From the NCBI GenBank assembly GCA_016933575.1, contig JAFGAR010000081.1, positions 96,001 through 160,000 on the forward strand: 64,000 nucleotides of DNA, written 5' to 3'. How positions within the stretch are numbered: the stretch's first letter is position 1; each line of letters starts with the position of its first letter. The stretch is from Candidatus Thorarchaeota archaeon. Lineage in GTDB: Archaea; Asgardarchaeota; Thorarchaeia; Thorarchaeales; Thorarchaeaceae. The notes under the pieces were generated by a model. That model did not search any database and was not told where the DNA came from. It worked only from the letters and a program-made list of their open reading frames with translations. Positions 18,817-28,673 of the stretch are shown in pieces. Made by a program: the position numbers and the translations under genes.

Positions 18817-19659
18817 ATGCCTCTAATTGAGTTTCAAGACTTCAGCTTCAAGTACTACGGAGCTGACTTCCTTGCCCTCAAGAAAATCAGCTTCTCAGTA
18901 GAGGAAGGTGAGTATCTCGTAATTACAGGTCCGAGTGGTTGTGGAAAGACTACTTTATGCAGAACTATTAATGGTTTGGTTCCACAATTTCACCGAGGCT
19001 ATATCGCCGGAAATGTCATTGTGGATGGAAAAAACACTCGTGACAATAGTGTAGCTCAACTAGCTCAGACCGCTGGTCTAGTATTTCAACAACCCGAGAA
19101 TCAACTTGTCACACTCAATGTAGAGAAAGAGATTGCTTTTGGTCCCGAGAATCTTGGTATTGATCCTATTGAAGTACGTCGTCGAGTTGAAGAACTCATC
19201 AGTTTACTAGAACTTGAACATCTTAGAGAAAAACATCCCCATGAGATGTCTGGTGGAGAACAGCAGCGAGTAGCTATTGCGGCCACATTAGCACTAAAAC
19301 CAAAGATATTGGTTGCAGACGAACCAACATCAAATCTGGATCCCAAGAGTGCTGAATTAATTTTGGATATAATAGCAAGTCTGAACAAACGCGATATGAC
19401 TGTAGTCTTGGTGGAACACCGATTAGACCTAGTTTCAAAAGATGCAAGCAGAATTCTACTAATGAACGATGGTCGAATTGTTGCTGATGGTCCTCCTAGA
19501 GAGATTCTTACATTAGACCTCTGCCAAGAAATTGGTGTAGGCGTACCAAAGGCAACTATGGTATACAAGCGTCTTCTGCAACATGGTTTACATCTGAAAC
19601 AAGTACCACTGACTGGTGAGGATCTTGCATTGCTAGTGAAGGAGGCTGCTAGATCTTGA
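18817..19659 (+). CDS. ecfA1: ECF transporter ATPase A
   Basis: GPSGCGKTT, VFQQPENQL, MSGGEQQR, DEPT; start at ATG 18817. Confidence 0.9.
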   Translation: MPLIEFQDFSFKYYGADFLALKKISFSVEEGEYLVITGPSGCGKTTLCRTINGLVPQFHRGYIAGNVIVDGKNTRDNSVAQLAQTAGLVFQQPENQLVTLNVEKEIAFGPENLGIDPIEVRRRVEELISLLELEHLREKHPHEMSGGEQQRVAIAATLALKPKILVADEPTSNLDPKSAELILDIIASLNKRDMTVVLVEHRLDLVSKDASRILLMNDGRIVADGPPREILTLDLCQEIGVGVPKATMVYKRLLQHGLHLKQVPLTGEDLALLVKEAARS

Positions 19660-20480
19660 TCATTCTGGAGGATGTGCATTTTGCCTATGATGGTCTGTAT
19701 ACAGCACTCCAAGGAGTCTCTCTCCAGATTGATAATGGCGAGAGAATTGCCATCATGGGTACAAATGGTGCTGGGAAGACCACTCTGGTGAAACATCTCA
19801 ATGGACTCTTACGCCCTTCTAAGGGCAGAGTCATTCTCGATGGCATCGATGCCAAACACTATTCAGTGGCCGAGCTTGCGCGAGTAATTGGTCTTGTTAT
19901 GCAAAATCCTGACCATCAGCTCTTTCTAGACAGCGTGGAAAAAGAAGTCGTCTTTGGATTGAAACAACTCGGGTTTTCAGAACTGGAATCAAAGGAACGG
20001 TGCGACAGAACACTATCCAGTCTTGGGCTTGAAGGTCTCTCTGAACGGTCACCATTTACATTATCTGGTGGTGAACGAAAAAGAGTTGCACTAGCCTCAG
20101 TTCTAGCTACCGAACCACAAGTTCTCGCACTTGATGAGCCAACAATTGGTCAAGATGCGAAACAAAAAGAAAATCTTGCAGAGATGCTCATTGATCTGAA
20201 TCAAAAAGGTCGGACTGTTATTGTCGTGACCCATGACATTGAATTCGTCATTGAGAATTTTCCTCGAACTATTGCCATGGCTAATGGTCGAATCGTCGCT
20301 GATGGTCCAACTAACTCTGTACTAAGCAATCCTATTGTGATAGACCGTTGTTCTCTTACGACTCCACAACTAAATGCAGCAGCCTGTTCAATCCATGAAG
20401 TGTTTCCAGATGTTTCCGAGAGACTGACTCTCTTATCAGAACTGGAATCTGAGATTGTCCGTATCTTGGGAGGTGAATAG
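19656..20480 (+). CDS. ecfA2: ECF transporter ATPase A'
   Basis: GTNGAGKTT, QNPDHQLF, SPFTLSGGERKR, DEPT.GQD. Confidence 0.9.
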   Translation: MIILEDVHFAYDGLYTALQGVSLQIDNGERIAIMGTNGAGKTTLVKHLNGLLRPSKGRVILDGIDAKHYSVAELARVIGLVMQNPDHQLFLDSVEKEVVFGLKQLGFSELESKERCDRTLSSLGLEGLSERSPFTLSGGERKRVALASVLATEPQVLALDEPTIGQDAKQKENLAEMLIDLNQKGRTVIVVTHDIEFVIENFPRTIAMANGRIVADGPTNSVLSNPIVIDRCSLTTPQLNAAACSIHEVFPDVSERLTLLSELESEIVRILGGE

Positions 20481-21242
20481 TTGTCATTTCTTGAAGTATT
20501 TCAATATACCCGCCAAGATTCTATAATCCACCGACTTGATCCAAGAGCGAAGTTGCTGATGTCGATTGTGTCCGCAACTATATCTCTCCTATTCCTTGAG
20601 ATTATCCCGTTGCTCATTGTCCTTGGCTTTTTGATACCTTTACTTGTTGCAGCCAAGTCTCTTGGTCGTTGGTTAAAGAGTATGAAAGGACTTGCTGTAC
20701 TACTGGTGTTCATCCTTGTATTCAACACCCTTCTCTCAACAGCTCCCAATCCTGTGAATCATTCTATCTCATTGACTCTCAGATTGGTCTGTCTAATGAC
20801 ATCATTCTCAATCTTCTTCCTTACAGTTCATCCCGATGAGCTCTCTCAAGCTTTAATCCAAATGAGAGTACCATTTGAGTTTGCCTTTGCAATGAGTATG
20901 GCAATGAGGTATGTACCTACTCTAGGTCAAGAAGCCTATGCGATTATGGATGCACAAAAAGCACGAGGAGTCGAGCTAGATAAGGGCAATCTCCTCAAAC
21001 GCATACGAAATATAATCCCAATCATAGTCCCTCTCATAATAGTATCAATTCGTCGAGCTCTCTCAATAGCAGAGAGTATGGAATCTCGAGGATTTGGTGC
21101 TAGTAAGACCAGAACTTATATGGATACACTATCTTTCAGAAAACGTGATTGGGGTGTTGTGATTCTATCACTCCTGGCACTTCTTATTGTCTTTTATCTC
21201 CGATTTTTTGTCACTCTACCGAGCTGGAGCCTTCCATTTTGA
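20481..21242 (+). CDS. ecfT: ECF transporter transmembrane T component
   Basis: HRLDPRAK, AQKARG and MESRGF coupling motifs. Confidence 0.92.
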   Translation: MSFLEVFQYTRQDSIIHRLDPRAKLLMSIVSATISLLFLEIIPLLIVLGFLIPLLVAAKSLGRWLKSMKGLAVLLVFILVFNTLLSTAPNPVNHSISLTLRLVCLMTSFSIFFLTVHPDELSQALIQMRVPFEFAFAMSMAMRYVPTLGQEAYAIMDAQKARGVELDKGNLLKRIRNIIPIIVPLIIVSIRRALSIAESMESRGFGASKTRTYMDTLSFRKRDWGVVILSLLALLIVFYLRFFVTLPSWSLPF

Positions 21243-21320
21243 CGTTTTTTGATTTTCAATACATTCTGTAATGATTTATCTGATAGAATAGCACACATAT
21301 TCACATATTCAGAGGGTGAA

Positions 21321-21893
21321 ATGGCTTTGCAACTGCCTACTAGAAAGAAGTACGCTGTAAAAGATGTCATGAATGATTTAAAAAAGATAGGACCCACGCC
21401 AAGCCAACTTAGTGAAATTGGGTCAAAGCTGATTTATTACGAGTGGAGTTGTTGTGAGAATCTCCTCGGTGATGATCACCCAGTCACAGTAAATCTCAGC
21501 GATACTTTGCAATTCATGGAACATGGTTATGAAGAATTACTTGTTACTGGAGAATTATGGCGAATCAAGGATACACCTCAAGGTGCAATTAATGATTTCT
21601 TGAGAGGCCGTCCTAAGGAATTCCTAGAGTATACACTTGATAGATCTGCAGACTATATTAGAGGTCTTCTCGAATCAGTTGCAGATGAGAGAAGAGATGA
21701 GATTAAGCAATATAAGAAGATGGAATCTGCTGTAAAGCGTGAAATCAAAGAGTCTCCCAAGGACCCTGAGGTTTGGAACAAATTGCGCCTTCTTTTATGG
21801 ATTGTTGGCAAATACTCTGAAGCAAGTGAAGCTTTCAAAACAGCTAAGAGTCTTGGTTGGTCCAAGGAAACCAGTGCAATTGTGGCACTCTGA
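21321..21893 (+). CDS. Hypothetical protein with one C-terminal TPR-like repeat
   Basis: ESPKDPEVWNKL...GKYSEASEAFKTA; start at ATG 21321 after GAGGGTGA. Confidence 0.6.
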   Translation: MALQLPTRKKYAVKDVMNDLKKIGPTPSQLSEIGSKLIYYEWSCCENLLGDDHPVTVNLSDTLQFMEHGYEELLVTGELWRIKDTPQGAINDFLRGRPKEFLEYTLDRSADYIRGLLESVADERRDEIKQYKKMESAVKREIKESPKDPEVWNKLRLLLWIVGKYSEASEAFKTAKSLGWSKETSAIVAL

Positions 21894-21956
21894 TATATTC
21901 TTGATGATTCATTCAGATACTTGGGAAGATGTAAATACATCCCATAAAACCTGTAT

Positions 21957-22901
21957 TTGGGGATTAAAATCAAGTCAAGTGACAATCCTTCAGATGCTTT
22001 GAAACCAATGGTTTTGCGAAATGCTACAGGTGATTCTTCGATAATTAGAGCAATTGCTGTTGACGACGACAATTTGTACATAGCTTCTAGTACTGGTAAC
22101 CTAGCAATCTGGAAGAAGCCTGAATTTGTTTCGCCAATGATAATCCCCGGACAAACATCCACACAGATTGAATCACTTTTAACTGATGGGCAATACTTGT
22201 ATAGTGGAGGTATAACAGGAGATACCACAATCCGAATCTATGATAGAGACCTTGTTCTTGTTCACATTGTAAGAGGACATGCCGGAACGATTTTTGATAT
22301 GGCTTGTGATAATAACCATCTAATCTCAGGCTCTGGTGATGCCACTGTCAAGATCTGGTTGAAAGATGATTGGAACCTAGAGGCATCCATCCTTGCTCAG
22401 GCTCATTTTGTTCTGACTGTTGCATTAGACAGCTCTTACATCTATGCTGGTGGAATCGATAATTGTACAAATGTCTTCAATCGTTCATCGATGAAACGAA
22501 TAACTTCACTGCATGGTCATGATGCGAATATTCTGTCTCTGGATGTTGATGATCAATTTGTCTACTCTGGGTCTGGAGAACTATGGTGGGGCGGTCCTGG
22601 TTCTCCTCGACCAAGTTCCTTTGAGAGCGCAATTAGAGTCTGGGATAAGAGTGATTGGAGTTGTGTCGCAGTGCTTGGGGGTCATCGGGACAATGTAAAT
22701 GCTATAGGTAATGACTCACGGTATGTCTATACAGCATCTGATGATGGGACTGCACGTATCTACTCGAAGTCCGACTGGTCCGAAGTAACCTCCATCGATT
22801 TTGGAGTAGGACGAGTAATTGGATTGACCAAAGACACTGAAACCATTTTCTACGCTTGTGCTGATGGGAATATATACCATCTATCCCTCTCCACTCTCTG
22901 A
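21957..22901 (+). CDS. WD40-repeat beta-propeller protein
   Basis: Repeated GH...SGS.D.T(V/I)(K/R)(I/V)W units. Confidence 0.88.
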   Translation: MGIKIKSSDNPSDALKPMVLRNATGDSSIIRAIAVDDDNLYIASSTGNLAIWKKPEFVSPMIIPGQTSTQIESLLTDGQYLYSGGITGDTTIRIYDRDLVLVHIVRGHAGTIFDMACDNNHLISGSGDATVKIWLKDDWNLEASILAQAHFVLTVALDSSYIYAGGIDNCTNVFNRSSMKRITSLHGHDANILSLDVDDQFVYSGSGELWWGGPGSPRPSSFESAIRVWDKSDWSCVAVLGGHRDNVNAIGNDSRYVYTASDDGTARIYSKSDWSEVTSIDFGVGRVIGLTKDTETIFYACADGNIYHLSLSTL

Positions 22902-22903
22902 AA

Positions 22904-23278
22904 TCATTCGAATCCTATAGGTTCTATTGGACCCAGGAATGTTTGAAACTCCAAAGCCCTACCTTCTGGGTCTTTGGCGAAGAACTGGTATATATCATAT
23001 CTCTCATTTTCAATTGGCGTCGTTGTAGCAATATGCTTTAACATATCATACATGACATCAACATCCTCCTTAGTTGGATAGAACAACGTGATCATCCCTT
23101 CCAGTTCAGCTGTGTCACGATTACAAAATCCAAGTAGAAGATTTCCGTGACTAAGAATTGTACAATCTTCCTGTTCTAACCAGATGTGCATTCCTAGTTC
23201 ATTGATATAAAAATCAGTAATCTCTTGCAATCTGGTAGTTCTAAAGAATACTATGCCTGCCACTAGAAGCACCTCCAT
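22904..23278 (-). CDS. VOC/glyoxalase family protein
   Basis: DFY..ELG, FFAKDPEGRALEFQ. Confidence 0.85.
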   Translation of the reverse strand: MEVLLVAGIVFFRTTRLQEITDFYINELGMHIWLEQEDCTILSHGNLLLGFCNRDTAELEGMITLFYPTKEDVDVMYDMLKHIATTTPIENERYDIYQFFAKDPEGRALEFQTFLGPIEPIGFE

Positions 23279-23482
23279 GAATATAATTCTCTCTCCTCAT
23301 ATCCTTTTGGAACCTCAAGAACTAGATAATATGTGCGGCGCACAAAACCGCAGTAGTTGTTTCGTTTTTTAGCTGTTTTTGTTTGTTGTTCTGTTCATAT
23401 CCCAACGTCTGAGTTCACGCACATAGATATTCATTCTCGTCAGCTATTGTATACAAGTATTTCAGAATGAGGTTGAACAAAA

Positions 23483-23785
23483 TTGTCCATAAAACCCGGA
23501 AGAACACCAAAGAGCGCAATCTTAGTCTTAGGCACTCTAGCAAAGGATGGACCAATGTGCCCCAACGAAATAAGTGAGAAGCTGAATATGGCTCCCCGTA
23601 CAGTGAGCTTCGCTATACGAAGTCTACTTGGCTGGAAGATGCTACGTAGAATTCCGAATCTCACGGATATGCGGTGTCCTAAGTATCATGTGAATATGGA
23701 CCTAGCTAAAGGACTTCTTCAGAAGTATAATGATTCTATCTTTACTTCTCAGCCATCAGCCATGTCTTGGAATCGAAAGATCTGA
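23483..23785 (+). CDS. Winged-helix DNA-binding protein (module copy 1)
   Basis: GPMCPNEISEKLNMAPRTVSFAIRSL helix-turn-helix; wing PNLTDMR. Confidence 0.8.
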   Translation: MSIKPGRTPKSAILVLGTLAKDGPMCPNEISEKLNMAPRTVSFAIRSLLGWKMLRRIPNLTDMRCPKYHVNMDLAKGLLQKYNDSIFTSQPSAMSWNRKI

Positions 23786-23819
23786 TATGATGGTAAGCTG
23801 CTAGGAGCAAACATATCCA

Positions 23820-24251
23820 TTGCCAGAAATGATTGACCTTCCAACGAAATATCGCGAAATCATTAGGCAACAAAAAGATGCTGCACCTCATCATGATAAC
23901 TCAGAATCAGTATCTCTTCTCTTCAAGACTGATTGGGTTCGTATACTAGTAGTACAATCAGCTGATAACACGGACGTTGTTTCCATAGAAATTGAAATGT
24001 CCATGTTCGACTCCTCTCTTTCCCCCTCCTCCAGCTCTCCTCTCCCAAAACCTGAGAAGAATGCTAGCACTATACTAGAGCAATTAATTGAGCATATCCA
24101 CTATCTTCTCAGGCTTGAATCCCTAGGATTCACTTTAGAACTCGTCAGTACTGGTTGTTTACTACTGGCATATCGGGATTTTTCTGAAGATCCAAGTGAT
24201 GAGACCTTCAAGCTCCTTCTACCGCCATCATTCTCTCAAGAATGTGTGTAG
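23820..24251 (+). CDS. Unknown alpha/beta protein (module copy 1 partner)
   Basis: Paralog of 26118..26543 (TDW..ILVV...IEIE.SM; H..YLL.LES.G.TL). Confidence 0.75.
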   Translation: MPEMIDLPTKYREIIRQQKDAAPHHDNSESVSLLFKTDWVRILVVQSADNTDVVSIEIEMSMFDSSLSPSSSSPLPKPEKNASTILEQLIEHIHYLLRLESLGFTLELVSTGCLLLAYRDFSEDPSDETFKLLLPPSFSQECV

Positions 24252-24275
24252 AGGGAGCTATCACTATTTTTCCCA

Positions 24276-25616
24276 TTAACCAAGAAATCTCTTGACAATC
24301 TCAAGATATCCCAGATACGTTAGTTCAATAGTCCGGAGTGGTATTCTTTCATCAGTCCCGTGGAACAATGACATTATCTCAGCGGTTGTTAGACTGCCAT
24401 CATGAATACTAAAACCATAGGCATTGGTTCCAAATGCTCTCCTGAAGAACCTTGAATCAGTGGCCCCTGGAGATACCATTGGAACAAGTGCATAATCAGA
24501 GCCTCTCAAGTCTCTGACTACATTTTCAATTATACTTACAAGAGGAGAATGGATATCACTCTTATTTCCTGCTGAGTAGTCGCCCCCCATCTCAAGTGGC
24601 ACTCTCTCTATCATTGCCTCGCTACTGAGATTACCAAGTGCTTTTCGAAAGTGGTGTCTTACATACTCCTCATCCTGACCTGGCAATATTCGAACATCCA
24701 CATCAAGACATGCTTGTCCGGGTATTGTGTTCACTTTTGCTCCGCCCTCGCAAACATTTGGTGATAATGTCATTTGGCTAAGTGAATGCAAGAAGGCTGC
24801 TTCTTTCTTATTTCTCTTAGACAGTAGTGTGAGTATCAATCCCAAGAACCATCGGTTTCCCATTAGTCCTCTTGTTATTCTTCCCATACCCATGCCCTTT
24901 ATGAAAGGTTTCAGAACCGAGGTATCTCTAGGAGGTTGATACTCTGAAATCTTCTTTATAGCTTTAGCCATCTTCACAACTGCATTATCTGATTTGAAAG
25001 GAGCTGAACCATGCTGCTCCACACCCTTGAATCTCAATCTTGTCCATGCGGTCCCCTTTTCTCCGTAGAGATAGGTCAATCGATTTTCTGCAATAGGGTC
25101 TCCTCCCGCTTCGGTGATTAAGTAATCAGTTTGTACTTTGTCTGGATAGTTCTGAACCATCCAACTTGCACCAACTGTTCCAGCTGCTTCTTCATCAGCA
25201 ACCACTAGTAATTTCAAATCTCCCCTTGGTGTAAATCCTTCATTATGAAGTTGCGTGAAAGCAACGACTTGACTAGCTACTATATAGAGCATATCAAGTG
25301 CACCTCTCCCCCAGAGACAACTATCTCTAATTTCACCACTAAAGGGTGGGACTATCCAATCCTCTTCATTCTCAACAGGAACCACATCGACATGCCCCGG
25401 TCCAAGCATCAAACTTGGGTGATTTCCCACCCCCTTCATCACTGCCAGCAGATTGCCCCTCTCCGATTCGGCTTCAAAAATTTCTGGTTCAATTCCATAT
25501 GACTGAAGATACTTCTCTATTGTCCGAATAGACCGCATCTCACCACCTGGTGGGTTCACGCATTTATTACGAATCATCTCTTGCATCAGGGCTGTTATTT
25601 CACTGAGAATCTCCAT
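24276..25616 (-). CDS. M20/M25/M40 family metallopeptidase (ArgE/DapE/Acy1-like)
   Basis: GHVDVVP, WGRGALDM, ADEEAAG, TEAGG, GATDSRF, HGTDER; start at ATG 25616. Confidence 0.92.
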   Translation of the reverse strand: MEILSEITALMQEMIRNKCVNPPGGEMRSIRTIEKYLQSYGIEPEIFEAESERGNLLAVMKGVGNHPSLMLGPGHVDVVPVENEEDWIVPPFSGEIRDSCLWGRGALDMLYIVASQVVAFTQLHNEGFTPRGDLKLLVVADEEAAGTVGASWMVQNYPDKVQTDYLITEAGGDPIAENRLTYLYGEKGTAWTRLRFKGVEQHGSAPFKSDNAVVKMAKAIKKISEYQPPRDTSVLKPFIKGMGMGRITRGLMGNRWFLGLILTLLSKRNKKEAAFLHSLSQMTLSPNVCEGGAKVNTIPGQACLDVDVRILPGQDEEYVRHHFRKALGNLSSEAMIERVPLEMGGDYSAGNKSDIHSPLVSIIENVVRDLRGSDYALVPMVSPGATDSRFFRRAFGTNAYGFSIHDGSLTTAEIMSLFHGTDERIPLRTIELTYLGYLEIVKRFLG

Positions 25617-25830
25617 CAAAATCATATACAAAATTAAGATTTCCAACTAAAAAGGACTATGTATGCTTCTATCTTGTATCTTCTTATCTTAGGTGCATAT
25701 TTCCGAATCTCCAAGTTCAAAAATCTACGTTATACTTAGGAAAAATGTTGTATCCTGAACTCTGCTTCTCGCATGAATAGATATGCCTTCTATGCACTGT
25801 ATTACATACGAAATCATAGGATGCTTAACG

Positions 25831-26091
25831 ATGCTATCAGGAATACGATTACCAAAGAGTGCTGTACTAGTACTGGATTATTTGAACAAAAGAGGACCAC
25901 TTCCACCCAGAGTCATCAGTGAAGAAGCCAAAGTTCCTCTCAGAACTGTGACCTTTGCTTTAGATCGTCTTGTTGATACAGAAATCTGTAGAAAAGTACC
26001 CAATCTCGCAGATATGCGTTGTACATTGTACACAATAAATCAAGAGAAAGCCCGCGCTGTTTTTGATAGATACGGGTTGCGTTTCTCGTAG
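25831..26091 (+). CDS. Winged-helix DNA-binding protein (module copy 2)
   Basis: PKSAVLVL...GPL..R.ISE...PLRTVTFAL..L, PNLADMR; start set at ATG 25831 by alignment to copy 1. Confidence 0.8.
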   Translation: MLSGIRLPKSAVLVLDYLNKRGPLPPRVISEEAKVPLRTVTFALDRLVDTEICRKVPNLADMRCTLYTINQEKARAVFDRYGLRFS

Positions 26092-26117
26092 ATTCCGGTT
26101 GTTATCTGTATTCTAAG

Positions 26118-26543
26118 GTGTGGCAAATGATGCTATCTCCCTCTGAAATGAATCAACGGTATCAAGAAATAGTGCATGCGCCTATTAGTTCAGTTGATAG
26201 TGAATGTGGGGAGTCCATTTCCAATTTATGCAACACGGATTGGATCCAGATATTAGTAGTACGTAATCTCGATTCTCCAAATATATGTAATATCGAAATT
26301 GAGATCTCCATGCCCACATGTGTCGTAGAGCCATCTCTAACCTTACCGCAACCTCTACGAGAAAAAGCTCGGACGCATATTGAGAACACAATCAATCATC
26401 TAAAGTACTTGCTAAATTTGGAATCTGTGGGAATGACTCTTGGAGTGCTCTCAGCTGAAGGAATTTGGAGTGCAGTACTCGAAATGAAGGACTCTCCTGA
26501 TGATACTCTGTTCGAAAAAATCTCCCCTCCTGTGGTGATCTAG
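26118..26543 (+). CDS. Unknown alpha/beta protein (module copy 2 partner)
   Basis: Paralog of 23820..24251. Confidence 0.75.
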   Translation: MWQMMLSPSEMNQRYQEIVHAPISSVDSECGESISNLCNTDWIQILVVRNLDSPNICNIEIEISMPTCVVEPSLTLPQPLREKARTHIENTINHLKYLLNLESVGMTLGVLSAEGIWSAVLEMKDSPDDTLFEKISPPVVI

Positions 26544-26651
26544 CCCAGCTTCTCAATTGCTCTCTATTCGCTTCTCACATCAATTTCGTGTAAGTCGAGT
26601 CCTTTATGAGGAAGCAAACATTTTTTGAAACCACTCAATGGAAGTGTCTCT

Positions 26652-28673
26652 ATGACAGTTGATGTATCAAAGGCAATGACGATTAAATTATCGTCTGAGC
26701 TTCCTCCAAAACCTGTTTTCGATCCCAAGATACGTCGAGCTCCTAATCGCGGATTCGATCTCAATCCTCGGGAAACTATTATCGCAGTGAAGAATGCACT
26801 ACGCTATATTCCTGAGAGTCTTCACAAGGCACTCGCTCCTGAATTCTTGGATGAACTGCTCACACGAGGTCGTATCTACGGGTATCGATATCGCCCACAG
26901 GGTGCCATCAAAGCAAGACCTGTTGATGAATACAAGGGAATTCTAGAAGCTCGTGCCATTCAACTGATGATTGACAATAACCTTGACTTTGATGTGGCTC
27001 TTTATCCATATGAGCTTGTGACGTATGGCGAGTCAGGTCAAGTATGTCAAAATTGGATGGAATATATTCTCATCAAAAAATATCTTGAAGCCATGACCGA
27101 CGAGCAGACCCTTGTGGTAAGTTCCGGTCATCCTGTCGGCCTCTTTCCATCTCGTAAAGAAGCTCCTCGAGTCCTCTCTACAAACGGTCTCATGGTGGGC
27201 ATGTTCGACACTTCTGAAGGTTTCCATCACGCTGCGCAACTTGGATCGGCAAATTACGGACAGATGACAGCAGGGGGGTGGATGTACATTGGACCACAAG
27301 GCATTGTTCATGGAACTTACATCACTCTGCTTAATGCGGGACGACTATATCTTGGTCTTCCTGATAATAAGGACCTTCGTGGGAAAGTCTTCTTAACGTC
27401 TGGTCTTGGCGGGATGAGTGGTGCTCAAGGAAAGGCTATTGAGATAGCTGGAGGAATAGGCATCATAGCAGAGGTTGACAAGAGTAGAATTGATACGCGA
27501 CACGAACAGGGTTGGCTGAGGAGGTTCTCTTCTGACTTGGATGAGATATTCAAATGGGTTGATGAATACAGAACCAAGGCTGAACCCGTATCCATTGGAT
27601 ACTATGGTAATGTCGTTGACTTGTGGGAATATGTTCTTGAGAACAATATTACCATTGAGCTTGCCTCGGATCAGACTTCCTGCCATGATGTCTATGGTGG
27701 TGGTTACACTCCACAGGGTGTTTCATTCGAAGAGGGGCGCGAGCTTCTCAAGACTGATAGAGACCGATTCAAGAAACTAGTGGATGCTTCTCTACGTCGT
27801 CAGTTTGAACTCATCGATGGGATGTCAAAGCGTGGTACCTACTTTTGGGACTATGGAAATTCATTCATGAAAGCTGTCTTTGATGCTGGTGCGAAGAGGA
27901 TAGCCAAGAATGGAAATGATACCTCTGAGGGCTTTGTCTTCCCCTCCTACGTTGAGGACATCATGGGGCCAATCTGCTTCGATTATGGCTATGGTCCATT
28001 CAGATGGGTTTGTCTAAGTGGAAAACATGAAGACCTGAATCGAACAGATGCCGCAGCAATGTCTTGCATTGACCCGAACCGTCGAGGACAGGACCGAGAT
28101 AATCACCATTGGATTCGAGATGCTGAGAAGAATGCACTTGTGGTTGGTTCTCAAGCAAGAATCCTCTATGCTGATGCACAGGGTCGAGTAAATATTGCAC
28201 TGGAATTTAACAGACTGGTTCGAGAGGGAAAAGTAGGTCCTATCATGCTTGGTAGAGACCATCATGATACCGCAGGGACTGATTCTCCATTCCGAGAGAC
28301 CGCTAACATATACGATGGTAGCAATGTCATGAGTGATATGGCTCATCAGTGTTGGTCTGGAAATGCAGCTCGAGGAATGACAATGTGTGTTCTCTCAAAT
28401 GGAGGCGGTGTTGGAACAGGGAAAGCAATCAACGGTGGATTCGGACTTGTTCTCGATGGCAGTGACCGTGTAGATAGAATCATTCAACTTGCTCTTGACT
28501 GGGATGTCATGGGCGGCGTTGCTCGTCGCGCCTGGGCAAGAAATCCACCCGCGATTGAGACCGCGGCAGAGTGGAACAAACGAAATACAACCCATGGTCA
28601 AATCTCACTTCCATTCATTCCAGAAGACGGTCTTGTAGAAGATCTGGTCAAGAAACGATTTGAGGAGGACTAA
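26652..28673 (+). CDS. hutU: Urocanate hydratase (long, UROC1-like form)
   Basis: NNLDFDVALYPYELVTYG, QMTAGGWMYIGPQGIVHGT, GLGGMSGAQ, DQTSCH, GRDHHD. Confidence 0.97.
   Translation: MTVDVSKAMTIKLSSELPPKPVFDPKIRRAPNRGFDLNPRETIIAVKNALRYIPESLHKALAPEFLDELLTRGRIYGYRYRPQGAIKARPVDEYKGILEARAIQLMIDNNLDFDVALYPYELVTYGESGQVCQNWMEYILIKKYLEAMTDEQTLVVSSGHPVGLFPSRKEAPRVLSTNGLMVGMFDTSEGFHHAAQLGSANYGQMTAGGWMYIGPQGIVHGTYITLLNAGRLYLGLPDNKDLRGKVFLTSGLGGMSGAQGKAIEIAGGIGIIAEVDKSRIDTRHEQGWLRRFSSDLDEIFKWVDEYRTKAEPVSIGYYGNVVDLWEYVLENNITIELASDQTSCHDVYGGGYTPQGVSFEEGRELLKTDRDRFKKLVDASLRRQFELIDGMSKRGTYFWDYGNSFMKAVFDAGAKRIAKNGNDTSEGFVFPSYVEDIMGPICFDYGYGPFRWVCLSGKHEDLNRTDAAAMSCIDPNRRGQDRDNHHWIRDAEKNALVVGSQARILYADAQGRVNIALEFNRLVREGKVGPIMLGRDHHDTAGTDSPFRETANIYDGSNVMSDMAHQCWSGNAARGMTMCVLSNGGGVGTGKAINGGFGLVLDGSDRVDRIIQLALDWDVMGGVARRAWARNPPAIETAAEWNKRNTTHGQISLPFIPEDGLVEDLVKKRFEED

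Noticed and set aside
19101-19796. 231-aa antisense ORF
   Set aside because: Shadow of the two ECF ATPases; long antisense frames are typical opposite ABC ATPases.
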